Below are positions 30,569 to 39,535 of a DNA stretch of 64,000 nt, piece by piece (the first letter of the stretch is position 1; the number at the start of each line of letters is the position of its first letter). The stretch comes from Patescibacteria group bacterium (GTDB lineage: Bacteria; Patescibacteriota; Patescibacteriia; SG8-24), in the NCBI GenBank assembly GCA_041667185.1, contig JBAYFM010000005.1, forward strand, positions 9,285-73,284, given 5' to 3'. The position numbers and the translations under genes are program-made. Under the pieces are notes generated by a model. That model saw only the letters and a list, made by a program, of their open reading frames with translations. It did not search any database and was not told the origin of the DNA.

Positions 30569-30597
30569 AATGTAGCACATCCTTTCAAGATTGTCAA
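30569..30597 (-). promoter_or_regulatory. Sigma70-type promoter
   Basis: TTGACA-17 bp-TACATT with extended -10 TG. Confidence 0.75.
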
Positions 30598-30753
30598 GGG
30601 TTGATGACAATTATTGCTGCGGGCAGACTCAACCGCGCCTTATTTAGCCTTAAAGTAGCCCTTGATAGGCCCTAGTCGGCAAGTTAACAATCTATAACAA
30701 AACGGCCGGCCCCAGACCGACCGCTTGGTTTCTTTGACTATCCGCAACGCTGC

Positions 30754-31308
30754 CTAGATGGTCATGATATCTTTCTCCTTCTCCTCCCCGGCAGACTTGA
30801 TCTTGTCGTTGAAGCCCGCCACCATCTTCTCCAGCTGTTCGAGCATCCGGTATTTGTCGTCCTCCGGAATCTCCTTGTCTTTCTCCTTGCGGATGATTTC
30901 CGCCTTGGCGTTCTCGCGCACGCCGCGGATGCCGATCCGAGCCTGCTCCAGTTTATCGCTCATGATCTTGGCGAGCTCCCGGCGACTCTCCTCGGTCAGC
31001 GCGGGCATGGAGATGCGGATGATCTTGCCCTGGATGACCGGATTCAGTCCGGTCTTGGCCTCCTGGATGCCGCGTTCGATATCTTTGAGCAGGTTCTTGT
31101 CCCAGGGATCGATGACGATGGTACGGGCGTCGGGCGTCGAGATCGAAGCCAGCCCCACGATCGGCGTCCGCGCGCCGTAGGCTTCGACCTGAATGTTCTC
31201 GACGAGCGCGGGCGTAGCGCGGCCGGTGCGGAGCGTCTTGAGTTCAAGATGCAGGAACTCGATGACCTCTTCGAAATCGTCGACGAGCGAAGTAAGGATG
31301 TCGGACAT
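30754..31308 (-). CDS. frr: Ribosome recycling factor
   Basis: LRTGRATPALVE, PWDK, PALTEESRR and EKEKDIMTI. Confidence 0.96.
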   Translation of the reverse strand: MSDILTSLVDDFEEVIEFLHLELKTLRTGRATPALVENIQVEAYGARTPIVGLASISTPDARTIVIDPWDKNLLKDIERGIQEAKTGLNPVIQGKIIRISMPALTEESRRELAKIMSDKLEQARIGIRGVRENAKAEIIRKEKDKEIPEDDKYRMLEQLEKMVAGFNDKIKSAGEEKEKDIMTI

Positions 31309-31322
31309 ATTCAGGAATGGAT

Positions 31323-32390
31323 TTATTGCTTGAACTTGGTCACGCCCAGGTACAGCACCGCGGAATTACGCTCGTCGATGTGGAGCACCGTGGCCGCCCG
31401 GCTCGTAGGCAAGCGCTTGGTATTCCAGTTGGCTCCGCCGTTCGCGGTCTTGTAGAAATTGGTCGCGGTGCCGTAATAAATAACGTTGGGATCCTTGGGA
31501 TCGATGGCCAGCGAATAGATGCTGACCGAACCCGGGGCGGTCAGGAGATCGATCTTCTGCCAGGTGTCGCCACCATCAGCCGAACGGATCAAGCCATACT
31601 TCGAAGCCAGGATCATGATCTTGGGGTCGGAGACGCCGAACGCCAGGTCGCTGAACTCGCGGGCGCCGGAGAAATCCTTGTATTTCTGGCTCAGATCATC
31701 CCACTTGGCGCCACCGTCCGTGGTGCGCCAGATGCCGTTCGATTTCGTCGCCACGTAGACGCGGCGCGAATCGGCGCCGCTCACATAGATCCGCATGATG
31801 TCGTCGTTGTTGAAGATCTTGATGTTGTCCCAGTAATTCCCGCCGTCAACGCTCTTCAGCAGATCACCGGCGCTCGTCGCGATCCAGACGACGTTCGGAT
31901 CGTAATGGTCGATGGCCACAGCCTTGATCCGCTTGTCCGTCCGCGTATCCGTGAACGGCACGGTAAAGGTCCGGGAGCAATCGTCGGTCCGGAGCAGTTT
32001 ATTCTCGGAAGTGGCGTAGATGATGCATTTGTCCTTGGGGTGCACGGCGATCGAGGAGACCCGGCCGCGGCTGACGGCGCCAGGCTGATACCAGGATTCG
32101 CCGCCGTCGTAGGTGAAATACAGACCCTGTTCGGTGGTGCCGATATAGAGCGCATTCGGATCCTGCGGATCCTGAACGATGGTCGCCACGGAGGCGCCGT
32201 TGAAATTGCGCCGCTCGCCGGTGATCGTCGGCATGGCGTTCTTCTGCGCCCAAGCGTCGCCCTTGTTGGTCGATTTATAGATGCCGCCGTCGCCCAGGCT
32301 GGACGTGGTGGAACCGATGGAGATGCAGCCGGCGCCGGCGAAGATCAAGACGGCCGCGGCCATTCCGAACAGGGTTAAGGACTTGCGCAT
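31323..32390 (-). CDS. BNR/Asp-box beta-propeller lipoprotein (YCF48-like)
   Basis: Lipobox GAGC; repeated S/TxDGGxxW motifs. Confidence 0.85.
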   Translation of the reverse strand: MRKSLTLFGMAAAVLIFAGAGCISIGSTTSSLGDGGIYKSTNKGDAWAQKNAMPTITGERRNFNGASVATIVQDPQDPNALYIGTTEQGLYFTYDGGESWYQPGAVSRGRVSSIAVHPKDKCIIYATSENKLLRTDDCSRTFTVPFTDTRTDKRIKAVAIDHYDPNVVWIATSAGDLLKSVDGGNYWDNIKIFNNDDIMRIYVSGADSRRVYVATKSNGIWRTTDGGAKWDDLSQKYKDFSGAREFSDLAFGVSDPKIMILASKYGLIRSADGGDTWQKIDLLTAPGSVSIYSLAIDPKDPNVIYYGTATNFYKTANGGANWNTKRLPTSRAATVLHIDERNSAVLYLGVTKFKQ

Positions 32391-32492
32391 GTTGCTCTGG
32401 TTAGGGGTTTCTTCGGATTTTTGAGCGCGTCAGCGTCCGTTCAGGCCGGATGCCTGGCGGGACTCTAAAGTAAGGACAATTTTAGCACGGCC

Positions 32493-33491
32493 TCAGGCTA
32501 AATCAAAGGCCAAAGCCAGCGAGCCCCAGACGCCGCGTAGTCCGATATTCTCATCGATGAGTTTGCGCGCGGCGATGGCTGCCTCGAGGACGCGGACCGC
32601 GCCGGCGGTCTGGAGCGCATCCGACCAGGCCGTGAGCGCCGGCAGCGCATCAACGTGCACGATCTTCTCGCCCGCGCCAGCGGCCACGAGCAGGACATCG
32701 CGCAGCAGTTCGATGAGCAGATCAAGGATCCTGTGCCCCTCGACCGCCGCCTCGTTGAACGGAAGTTTTTCCGGCACCAAACTCTCGAGCAGGCGCCAGC
32801 GCTCGGTCGGACCGGCGGCAGCGAGCTGCAGCAGCTGGTTGCGGCGTTCGAGCAGCGCTTCGAGCGCCGCCGGTTCGCGCCAGAGTTCGATAGCCTTGCC
32901 CGGGCAGCCGGCGGCGAGACGCGCCAATAATTCAGATCGGCCGATCTCGCAGCCGAGGCTGCGCAGATGTTCGGCGATCGCCGCGGCGGCCACGCGGCCG
33001 AAAGTCAGCACCTGGCAGCGCGACCTGACCGTCGGCGAGACCGCGGCGGCGGACTCGGCGAGCAGGATGATCAGGGTCTTGTCTTTCGGTTCTTCGAGGC
33101 TCTTGAGCAGCGCGTTCCCGGCTTCTTTATTCAACAGCTCGGCTCCGTCGAGAATCACGACCTTCCAGACGCCGGCCATGGCGCCGAGCGCCAGCCAGCC
33201 GCGCAGCGCATGGACCTGATCGAGAACGATATCCGCGCGCAGCTTGTCGGTCTTGGGATCGCGCCCGCGCTCGACGACGCGGAAATCCGGATGGCGGTCG
33301 AGCGGTGTTTCCGCGCCCAGGACCAATTCGGCCGCGCGCCGGGCCGCGGCCATCTTGCCGATCTGCGCCGGACCGGCGAAAAGATAGGCGTGCGCCAGCC
33401 GACCGCGCGAAAAAGCCCGGCTGAGAAGCTCCAGGTTCTGCTCGTGGCCGATGACGGTTGAAGATTGCGGTCCGGAAACGGCAGATTTCAT
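32493..33491 (-). CDS. holB: DNA polymerase III subunit delta'
   Basis: IGH, HAYLFAGPAQIGK, HPD, NALLKSLEEP and TVRSRCQ. Confidence 0.9.
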   Translation of the reverse strand: MKSAVSGPQSSTVIGHEQNLELLSRAFSRGRLAHAYLFAGPAQIGKMAAARRAAELVLGAETPLDRHPDFRVVERGRDPKTDKLRADIVLDQVHALRGWLALGAMAGVWKVVILDGAELLNKEAGNALLKSLEEPKDKTLIILLAESAAAVSPTVRSRCQVLTFGRVAAAAIAEHLRSLGCEIGRSELLARLAAGCPGKAIELWREPAALEALLERRNQLLQLAAAGPTERWRLLESLVPEKLPFNEAAVEGHRILDLLIELLRDVLLVAAGAGEKIVHVDALPALTAWSDALQTAGAVRVLEAAIAARKLIDENIGLRGVWGSLALAFDLA

Positions 33492-33539
33492 ATCTTGGCT
33501 CTCCGCAGTATAGCACTGGCCTTTGGCTAATGGCTATTA

Positions 33540-33625
33540 GGAGAGACGGAGTCAGGAAGAGACGGAGTCAGGGAGTGCTGGAGTGCTGGAGTTTTTGTCG
33601 GGTCTCCCCGACTTCGCAACTTCGC
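33540..33625. repeat. Octamer-built fold-back repeat, copy 2
   Basis: GGAGAGAC/GGAGTCAG/GGAGTGCT units plus core GGAGTTTTTGTCGGGTCTCCC. Confidence 0.85.
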
Positions 33626-33659
33626 GAAATTCAAGCTCTTGTCGCATCACCAGCCACGA

Positions 33660-33688
33660 TTGACAAGCAGCGATATTTCTGCTAAGTT
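33660..33688 (+). promoter_or_regulatory. Sigma70-type promoter
   Basis: TTGACA-17-TAAGTT with extended TG, upstream of the ORF at 33741. Confidence 0.65.
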
Positions 33689-33740
33689 GCCCTGTCACTA
33701 GCCGTGACCAAGTCGCCCTTTCCCAAACCAGGAGGAACAC

Positions 33741-33983
33741 ATGAACGCGAACACCAGACAGGTCTTCACAAGCAGCAGCGTTGGCGCGGAGAACAAGCCT
33801 GAAAAGACCCTTTCGCCAGACGACCTGCTCAAGGAGATTGCGGACTCAAGATGGAACCGGCTCAGCCACAACTCCCGGTGTGTCGACGCGCGAGCCAAGC
33901 TCATCATCAAGCGCTTGCCGCTCTGGTTCTACAAGGAACCAAACAAGAACTGGTTCTACAAGGAACCGATCAAGAAAGGTTGA
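33741..33983 (+). CDS. Small hypothetical protein with an internally duplicated motif (second copy out of frame, to 34077)
   Basis: SD AGGAGG, its own promoter and a terminator at 34099-34131; 89-bp direct repeat 33842-33930/33984-34072. Confidence 0.6.
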   Translation: MNANTRQVFTSSSVGAENKPEKTLSPDDLLKEIADSRWNRLSHNSRCVDARAKLIIKRLPLWFYKEPNKNWFYKEPIKKG

Positions 33984-34098
33984 GGACTCGAGATGGAACC
34001 GGCTCAGTCACAACTCCCAGTGCGTCGACATGCGAGAAATGTATGTCCTCGGACGTTTGCCGCTCTGGTTCTTCTAGCCGGAACGACCCGCTCGACAG

Positions 34099-34131
34099 AA
34101 AAACCTGGCATCAGCTTTGCCAGGTTTTTTT
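34099..34131 (+). terminator. Intrinsic terminator
   Basis: AAAAACCTGGCA-tcagctt-TGCCAGGTTTTTTT. Confidence 0.75.
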
Positions 34132-34206
34132 ATTTGTTCTCAGCCAAATTTTGGATATTCAGCCTAAATAAGCCTAAATCATTGTCGATAACTTTGTCAG
34201 CCACCC

Positions 34207-34235
34207 TTGACAAAATACCAAATCCGTGCTATATT
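34207..34235 (+). promoter_or_regulatory. Sigma70-type promoter
   Basis: TTGACA-17-TATATT with extended TG. Confidence 0.7.
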
Positions 34236-34312
34236 ACTCGCACGATAGTCATTATCTAGAGTCGTACCTTACAACCAACCATGAGCCTAAAAAGCTCGAT
34301 CGGAGACAGACC

Positions 34313-34876
34313 ATGGTGTTTCATGACAACAGCGAGCCGAAGTACTATCTGCGCTTCTCGATGCGCAGACGCGGCACGATCAAGGACACCAACCTGATCG
34401 AGCGTGATCCCCTGAGGTACGAGGGTCGGACGAACGACGAGATCCTCATCGCCCGCGGCGAAAACCCGGAAGCCCTGATCGACTTCCGCAGCGCTGAGAA
34501 CGATCTGATCGCTTCGATCGACGACGATCTCGTCGAACCGACGTTCTGCTCGGCCAAGTCCGCTCCGGACGATGTGTTCGATCATGTCTACGAATATCTC
34601 TACTTGCAATGGCTCGACGAACTCGCAAACGATGATCTCGGCGAACGCAACGGCTTTCGCGACATCATGTCGCCGTCCTACGCGCCAGATGTCACCGTCG
34701 TCCCGCGATTCGTCGGCCGCCGGATCGATGATCTGCCCCGCCGCATCGGCAGCCAGCGTCTGGCCGAGTACACGAACCCCAACCTCATCGAGGATCGTCA
34801 GGACGGATGCCGCGCCGCGGAACTCCGCAGCTGGAAGAATCTGCGCATCCTCAGGCAGTTCGATCGCCACCGGTGA
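34313..34876 (+). CDS. Hypothetical protein
   Basis: SD GGAGA before ATG 34313, coding-like codon usage and a downstream hairpin/T-tract (34908-34945). Confidence 0.7.
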   Translation: MVFHDNSEPKYYLRFSMRRRGTIKDTNLIERDPLRYEGRTNDEILIARGENPEALIDFRSAENDLIASIDDDLVEPTFCSAKSAPDDVFDHVYEYLYLQWLDELANDDLGERNGFRDIMSPSYAPDVTVVPRFVGRRIDDLPRRIGSQRLAEYTNPNLIEDRQDGCRAAELRSWKNLRILRQFDRHR

Positions 34877-34954
34877 GCACGACCGAAGTCTCATGGTTCC
34901 CGCCTCTAAGAGACCCCTGTTCCGTTCTGGAATGGGGGTCTTTTCAATTTAAAG

Positions 34955-35046
34955 AGAGAGTGCGGGAGTGCAGGAGAGACGGAGTTGGGGAGATTTGAGA
35001 ACTTCGTCTCTCCCTGACTCCGTTTCTCCCTGACTCCCCCACTCCT
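34955..35046. repeat. Octamer-built fold-back repeat, copy 3
   Basis: GGAGTGCA/GGAGAGAC units inverted against GTCTCTCC/CTGACTCC units. Confidence 0.8.
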
Positions 35047-35130
35047 AAAAAGTGTCAGCCTCTTGACACTATTTTTTATATCCCCTACTGTCCGAGTACC
35101 CATGGGTCATTTAATTCACCTAACCCCGCT

Positions 35131-35745
35131 ATGCGGTACACGAAGTACTACTTCGCTTTGGGCGTCGTCGCGGCCGTCGGGACCTCGACTTTCGCTCTGA
35201 CCGCGCTGGCCTCCAAACCTATGCCAGCCACGCCGAAAGACGCCGAGAACGGGCTTCAAGCCCGACCGGCCGAACTGCGAGCCGCAGCCTTAAAGAATGT
35301 CCGCCGTTTCCGCGGACGCGACGAGCTGCGCCTGGACTACCAGGCGACATCGTCTAATCCTTATCGCGACGACGCGTCGCTCATCGAAACCTATGTCGAT
35401 GATGAGGGCAACGAGTATTGGGTCGATCGGGCAACTGACGCTTTGGTCCAAATGGGTCCGGCAGCGGGTGCCGATACGCCGGCATACGCGGCTCGACCGG
35501 AGGACCGACTTCCGGTCGCGGCGCTGAGGACTCTCGCGCTGCAATACGCGGAAGCGGCGCGTCCCGGTTTTGCGGAACGCCTGAGCACGCTGCATCCGCT
35601 CGAAGATAACCGGGAGCGGCGGATCTATTTCTTCCGCTGGGACGATTTCTCGGCGCCGGTCGGTGAATCCGAGCTGCCGCCGTTCCTCCAGGTGGCCATC
35701 AGGGCCGACGGGCGGCTGGCGAGCTTCACCGACACGCTGCGCTGA
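35131..35745 (+). CDS. Secreted hypothetical protein
   Basis: Signal peptide (ALA-S); promoter TTGACA-17-TACTGT at 35063-35091. Confidence 0.7.
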   Translation: MRYTKYYFALGVVAAVGTSTFALTALASKPMPATPKDAENGLQARPAELRAAALKNVRRFRGRDELRLDYQATSSNPYRDDASLIETYVDDEGNEYWVDRATDALVQMGPAAGADTPAYAARPEDRLPVAALRTLALQYAEAARPGFAERLSTLHPLEDNRERRIYFFRWDDFSAPVGESELPPFLQVAIRADGRLASFTDTLR

Positions 35746-35845
35746 CCCAGCGCGGAACTATCAGGCGAAAACGAAAAAGACCAGGTCGCCGAGCGACGAA
35801 ATAAACATCAACTTTCAGAACAGTGAACGTCGGATATCGGCGGCC

Positions 35846-36210
35846 AACCAGCGGCTGACAGATGATGGATAGCTTGAGAGTCGCTGGTTCGGAGAGAGCG
35901 CGCTCTTTGACACGACCCGAAAACGAGACAAGACGAAAACCGACGGAGTTGCGTGGGAACTCCGCCGGTTTTTCGTTCGGTATGTCCTGACACGGCGATG
36001 GCGAGACCGCCGCCGGACACCTCCGTATTATGGTGTCCTTGCGGCGGTGGTCTCGCCGACGTCTAACTCACTCAAAAATTGCTTCGTTGACAAGCGCTCG
36101 GCCTGCGGAGGCGGCAAGGCATTGCCGCCTGGCCTCACGATAAGTAGACGAGTCTTCCGCAAGGTGTGCTGCGCACATTTTTAAAATGCCCGGCGTCTGA
36201 ATGCCAGGCA
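35846..36210. other. Hairpin-dense ~370-bp intergenic region, possible ncRNA
   Basis: At least six stems, e.g. AACCAGCGGCT/AGTCGCTGGTT, GGCGAGACC...GGTCTCGCC and AGGCGGCAA/TTGCCGCCT. Confidence 0.45.
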
Positions 36211-36274
36211 ACGGACTTCTTTCATTTTATTTTCCTCACCTCCACGACGGACTAATCGCCGCAATCGAATTCAT

Positions 36275-36634
36275 TCAACGCTCAAGACCTTCCAATTCCA
36301 GCGCGATTAGTCCGAACTTCTTGATCTTCTCCCTGTAGCCGGGGAAACTCTCGTACATCGCCTTGAGCGCCGCGGCCGTCCGGACGTCCGGATTGATGTC
36401 CCTGACGCGATAGCGCCTAAGGAGCGCCGGCAACGACCGGAAAATACGCGCGCTTTTCACTATTTTCGCGAAACTATCGCGGCCGCAGACGAACAATATC
36501 TGATCGCCGCCCGCGATATCGCGGTATCTCTCGGTGGCCGCCCGCGTCTCGACGGTCTTTTCACCAGACCTGACGGAATCAAAAATATCCCTGTCGATCT
36601 CCCGGAACCGCAGTCTGTACGTCTTGCCAGCCAT
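36275..36634 (-). CDS. ASCH domain protein
   Basis: FDSVRSGEKTVETR (GxKxxExR), GDQILF; the real start is probably MAGKTY, directly after murD. Confidence 0.85.
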   Translation of the reverse strand: MAGKTYRLRFREIDRDIFDSVRSGEKTVETRAATERYRDIAGGDQILFVCGRDSFAKIVKSARIFRSLPALLRRYRVRDINPDVRTAAALKAMYESFPGYREKIKKFGLIALELEGLER

Positions 36635-36636
36635 AG

Positions 36637-38121
36637 TCAGCGCAATTTCTTCACCTCCGCGACGAACTGGTCGCCGCGGTCGAATTCGTTGATGAAGAGG
36701 CCGAAGCTGGCGCAGCCGGGCGATAACAAGATAACGTCGCCACGCTCGGCTTGCATCAGAGCCAGCTTCACGGCCTCGGGCATGGTCTTGGCCATTCCCC
36801 GCAGGACCTTGTTGCCGGCCGCGGCGAGCGCCGCTTCCATCTTCACGGTCGCCGCGCCCTCGAACAGGACGAGATATTTCACGTGGCGGCGGACCTGTTT
36901 GGCCCAGTCCTCGAACCGCAAAGCTTTGTCCGCGCCACCGGCAAGCAGAATGATCTTCTTGGTCTGACCAGCGGACAAAGCGCGCAAAGCTGCGATCGCG
37001 GCGTCCGGCGTGGTCGCCGTCGTGTCGTTCACGAACCTGATCCCGCGCTTGGCCGCGATCTCTTCGAGCCGACCGGGCACGCCGTGAAACTCGCGGACGA
37101 CCTTGGCGATGGTCTGAACCGGAATACCCATGACCGCGGCGGCCGCGCAAGCCGCGAGCACGTTGCCGACGTTGTGGCTGCCGAGGATCTTGAGCGAGCG
37201 GAGCGGCAGCAGTGTCGTTTCTTTGCCGCCCGCGGCCAGCACGATCTTGCCGGTTCGCACGAAACAACCCTCGGCTTTCTTGACCGGCTTCTCCGCGAAC
37301 CACCACACTCGCGGCTGGCCGCTAGCCAATAGCTTATGGCCGATAGCTGCTAGCCGTCCGTCGCCGGCGTTCAGAATAGCCGTGTCCCCCGCTCCCTGGA
37401 ACATCACGTTCAGTTCCTTGGCGCGGGCGTAATCATCCATGCTGTTATTATAACGGTTCAAGTGATCCTCCATGATGTTCGTGATCACGGCGACGCGCGG
37501 ACTCAGCCGATGTTTCTCCAGGCCTTCGAGCTGCCAGGACGAAAGTTCCAGCACGATCGGCGGCGGGGCGACCGGTTTCTTCCGCGCCTTCATCTCCAGG
37601 AGCCCGTCGAGAGCGTCCATGGGCGAAATGCGGATGTTGCCGCCGACCACCGTGCGGCGGTCGTGAGCCTCGCAGATGTCCGCGAGCAGCGTCGTCGTGG
37701 TCGTCTTGCCCTTGGTGCCAGTGACGGCCGTGATGGGATACGGACAGAGCAAAAAAAACAGGCTGATATCGGATTCCACCGGCACCTGGCGACTGCGCGC
37801 CCGGGACAGGAACGGGTTGTCGCGGGGCACGGCCGGATTCTGGATGACCATGTTGGCCTCCGTGAAGTCTTTTTCCTCGTGACGACCCAGGACGTAGATG
37901 AAGCGATGGACGTCGGACTCGCCGAAACAGAACACGGCTTCCTGATAAGTTTTTTCCAATTCCGCCACGGAAGCGGCGAGCTGGGCGGGATCCTTGAGAT
38001 CGGTCACCGTGACGACCGCGCCGTGGCGCATCAGCCACTTGGCGATGCCGACGCCGCCGCCATGGAGGCCCAGCCCCATGACGGTGATCTTTTTATTTCG
38101 GAACCACTCCAGACCGTACAT
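36637..38121 (-). CDS. murD: UDP-N-acetylmuramoyl-L-alanine--D-glutamate ligase
   Basis: VMGLGLHGGG, VTGTKGKTTT, GGNI, LELSSWQLE, DHLNRY, NDTTAT and LLSPGCASF...F.RGDQF. Confidence 0.95.
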   Translation of the reverse strand: MYGLEWFRNKKITVMGLGLHGGGVGIAKWLMRHGAVVTVTDLKDPAQLAASVAELEKTYQEAVFCFGESDVHRFIYVLGRHEEKDFTEANMVIQNPAVPRDNPFLSRARSRQVPVESDISLFFLLCPYPITAVTGTKGKTTTTTLLADICEAHDRRTVVGGNIRISPMDALDGLLEMKARKKPVAPPPIVLELSSWQLEGLEKHRLSPRVAVITNIMEDHLNRYNNSMDDYARAKELNVMFQGAGDTAILNAGDGRLAAIGHKLLASGQPRVWWFAEKPVKKAEGCFVRTGKIVLAAGGKETTLLPLRSLKILGSHNVGNVLAACAAAAVMGIPVQTIAKVVREFHGVPGRLEEIAAKRGIRFVNDTTATTPDAAIAALRALSAGQTKKIILLAGGADKALRFEDWAKQVRRHVKYLVLFEGAATVKMEAALAAAGNKVLRGMAKTMPEAVKLALMQAERGDVILLSPGCASFGLFINEFDRGDQFVAEVKKLR

Positions 38122-38135
38122 AAATGATGGCGTTC

Positions 38136-38870
38136 TCAAGTGCGCGGGACGACCTCTGCGGGCGGATGACCGGGCCGATGCTTGTGGTTCATGTGCGCGC
38201 CCTTTTCCCGGAATTGCGCCCGCGCGAGCCGCACGGCAGCCATCGCGGCCGCGACCTCGAACCACATGGAAAGATAACCGGCGAGTCCGCGCCAAAAACC
38301 GACCTTGGCCATCTTGCGCGTGATACTGAGTCCAGACAAGACCACGAAGCCATAAGCCAAACGATTGGCGCGGCAAAAATAATTGAGCGCCGTCTCGGTC
38401 TTGAAACCGCGCAGATAACTTTCAGGCAACAGGTCGAAGATCTCGCGCCGCAACGCCCGTTCGCCGCTCACGAGCGGCAATAATTTCGCGATCGCGGTCC
38501 AGACCGGGCCGCGATCCCGCAGGCCGACATTCATCTGGCGGACGCCCGCGACCACGGGCTCGAGAAGCAGCCGGACGTGTTCCGTCGTGAGTCCCTGGAG
38601 ATCGGCGTCGAAAAAACAGACGATCGCGGCGTCGGTGTGCATGACGCCGTGAGCGAGGGCTGAGCCCTTGCCATACTTGAACGGCAATTCATGGACCAGC
38701 GTGGCGCCGGCGGCGCGCGCTTCTTCGGCCGTCGCGTCGGTAGAGCCGTCGGAGACGACGATGATCTCGTCGAACCGGCCGGAAGCGGCCGCGGTCCGGA
38801 CGACCTGGCCGATCCGGCCCGCTTCATTGAACGCCGGCACCACGGCCGCGGTCTTCGGTCCTCCGGTCAT
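38136..38870 (-). CDS. Glycosyltransferase family 2
   Basis: VVPAFNEA, VSDGSTDAT, GKG, FFDADL and SGER. Confidence 0.9.
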   Translation of the reverse strand: MTGGPKTAAVVPAFNEAGRIGQVVRTAAASGRFDEIIVVSDGSTDATAEEARAAGATLVHELPFKYGKGSALAHGVMHTDAAIVCFFDADLQGLTTEHVRLLLEPVVAGVRQMNVGLRDRGPVWTAIAKLLPLVSGERALRREIFDLLPESYLRGFKTETALNYFCRANRLAYGFVVLSGLSITRKMAKVGFWRGLAGYLSMWFEVAAAMAAVRLARAQFREKGAHMNHKHRPGHPPAEVVPRT

Positions 38871-38872
38871 AG

Positions 38873-39448
38873 CTATTTCGAACGCAGCGACAATTCGTAA
38901 AGCACCTCTTCGGCGCGGCGCAGGTTATTCTTGGCCTGATCGAACTTGTTGCGGAGATAACCGCCGAGGTCCATGTCCAAAAGTTCCGCCACGATCGCCT
39001 CCATGAGTTCTTTGATGCGTTTGACCTCGTCGAGCTTGCCCTCGGTCGCGAGCCGCACCTGGCGGCGCTGCAGTTCGCCGGTGAGATCCGACAATCCGGA
39101 AAGATAGATCTCGTAATCGACGTTCTCGATCTCGACGCGGCCGACATCGCCCGTGGCGAGATAGCGGCGATACAATTCGGCCTCGACGAACTCTTCGAGC
39201 GCCGCCCGGAACGATCCCTCGGCCGAGACGTCGAGTTGCGAACCGACCGCTTTCACGATCGCAGCCAGGCCGGAACCGGCCTCTTCGAGCAGTTTGGCCG
39301 CGGCCGCCGCATCGTCGCGATGCAACGCGAAGATGGCGCGCTTCGACGCCGACAGGGCGTCGCCGGACGATTTGATGACCTCGCGCCGGGACGCTTCGTA
39401 AACAGCGACCTGCGAGCGCACTTCGGAAAGATATTCCCGATCCAACAT
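38873..39448 (-). CDS. Translin/TRAX-like (C3PO) protein
   Basis: SKRAIFALHR, EEFVEA, YLSGLSDLTGEL and LRNKFD motifs of the translin family. Confidence 0.85.
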   Translation of the reverse strand: MLDREYLSEVRSQVAVYEASRREVIKSSGDALSASKRAIFALHRDDAAAAAKLLEEAGSGLAAIVKAVGSQLDVSAEGSFRAALEEFVEAELYRRYLATGDVGRVEIENVDYEIYLSGLSDLTGELQRRQVRLATEGKLDEVKRIKELMEAIVAELLDMDLGGYLRNKFDQAKNNLRRAEEVLYELSLRSK

Positions 39449-39535
39449 AAATGTGACGATAAAACCGTGACTGAACCTGAACTAAAGAATATGGCTCCGG
39501 GAGCTATTAATCAAGCCGCGCGATGCCGTCGCGGC

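Noticed and set aside
33842-34072. Diversity-generating retroelement TR/VR pair
   Set aside because: Mismatches involve all bases rather than only adenines, and no reverse transcriptase is present.
36635-37306. N-terminal 224 aa of the 343-aa ORF 36275..37306
   Set aside because: It is an alternative frame within murD. Only the ASCH domain from ATG 36634 is supported.
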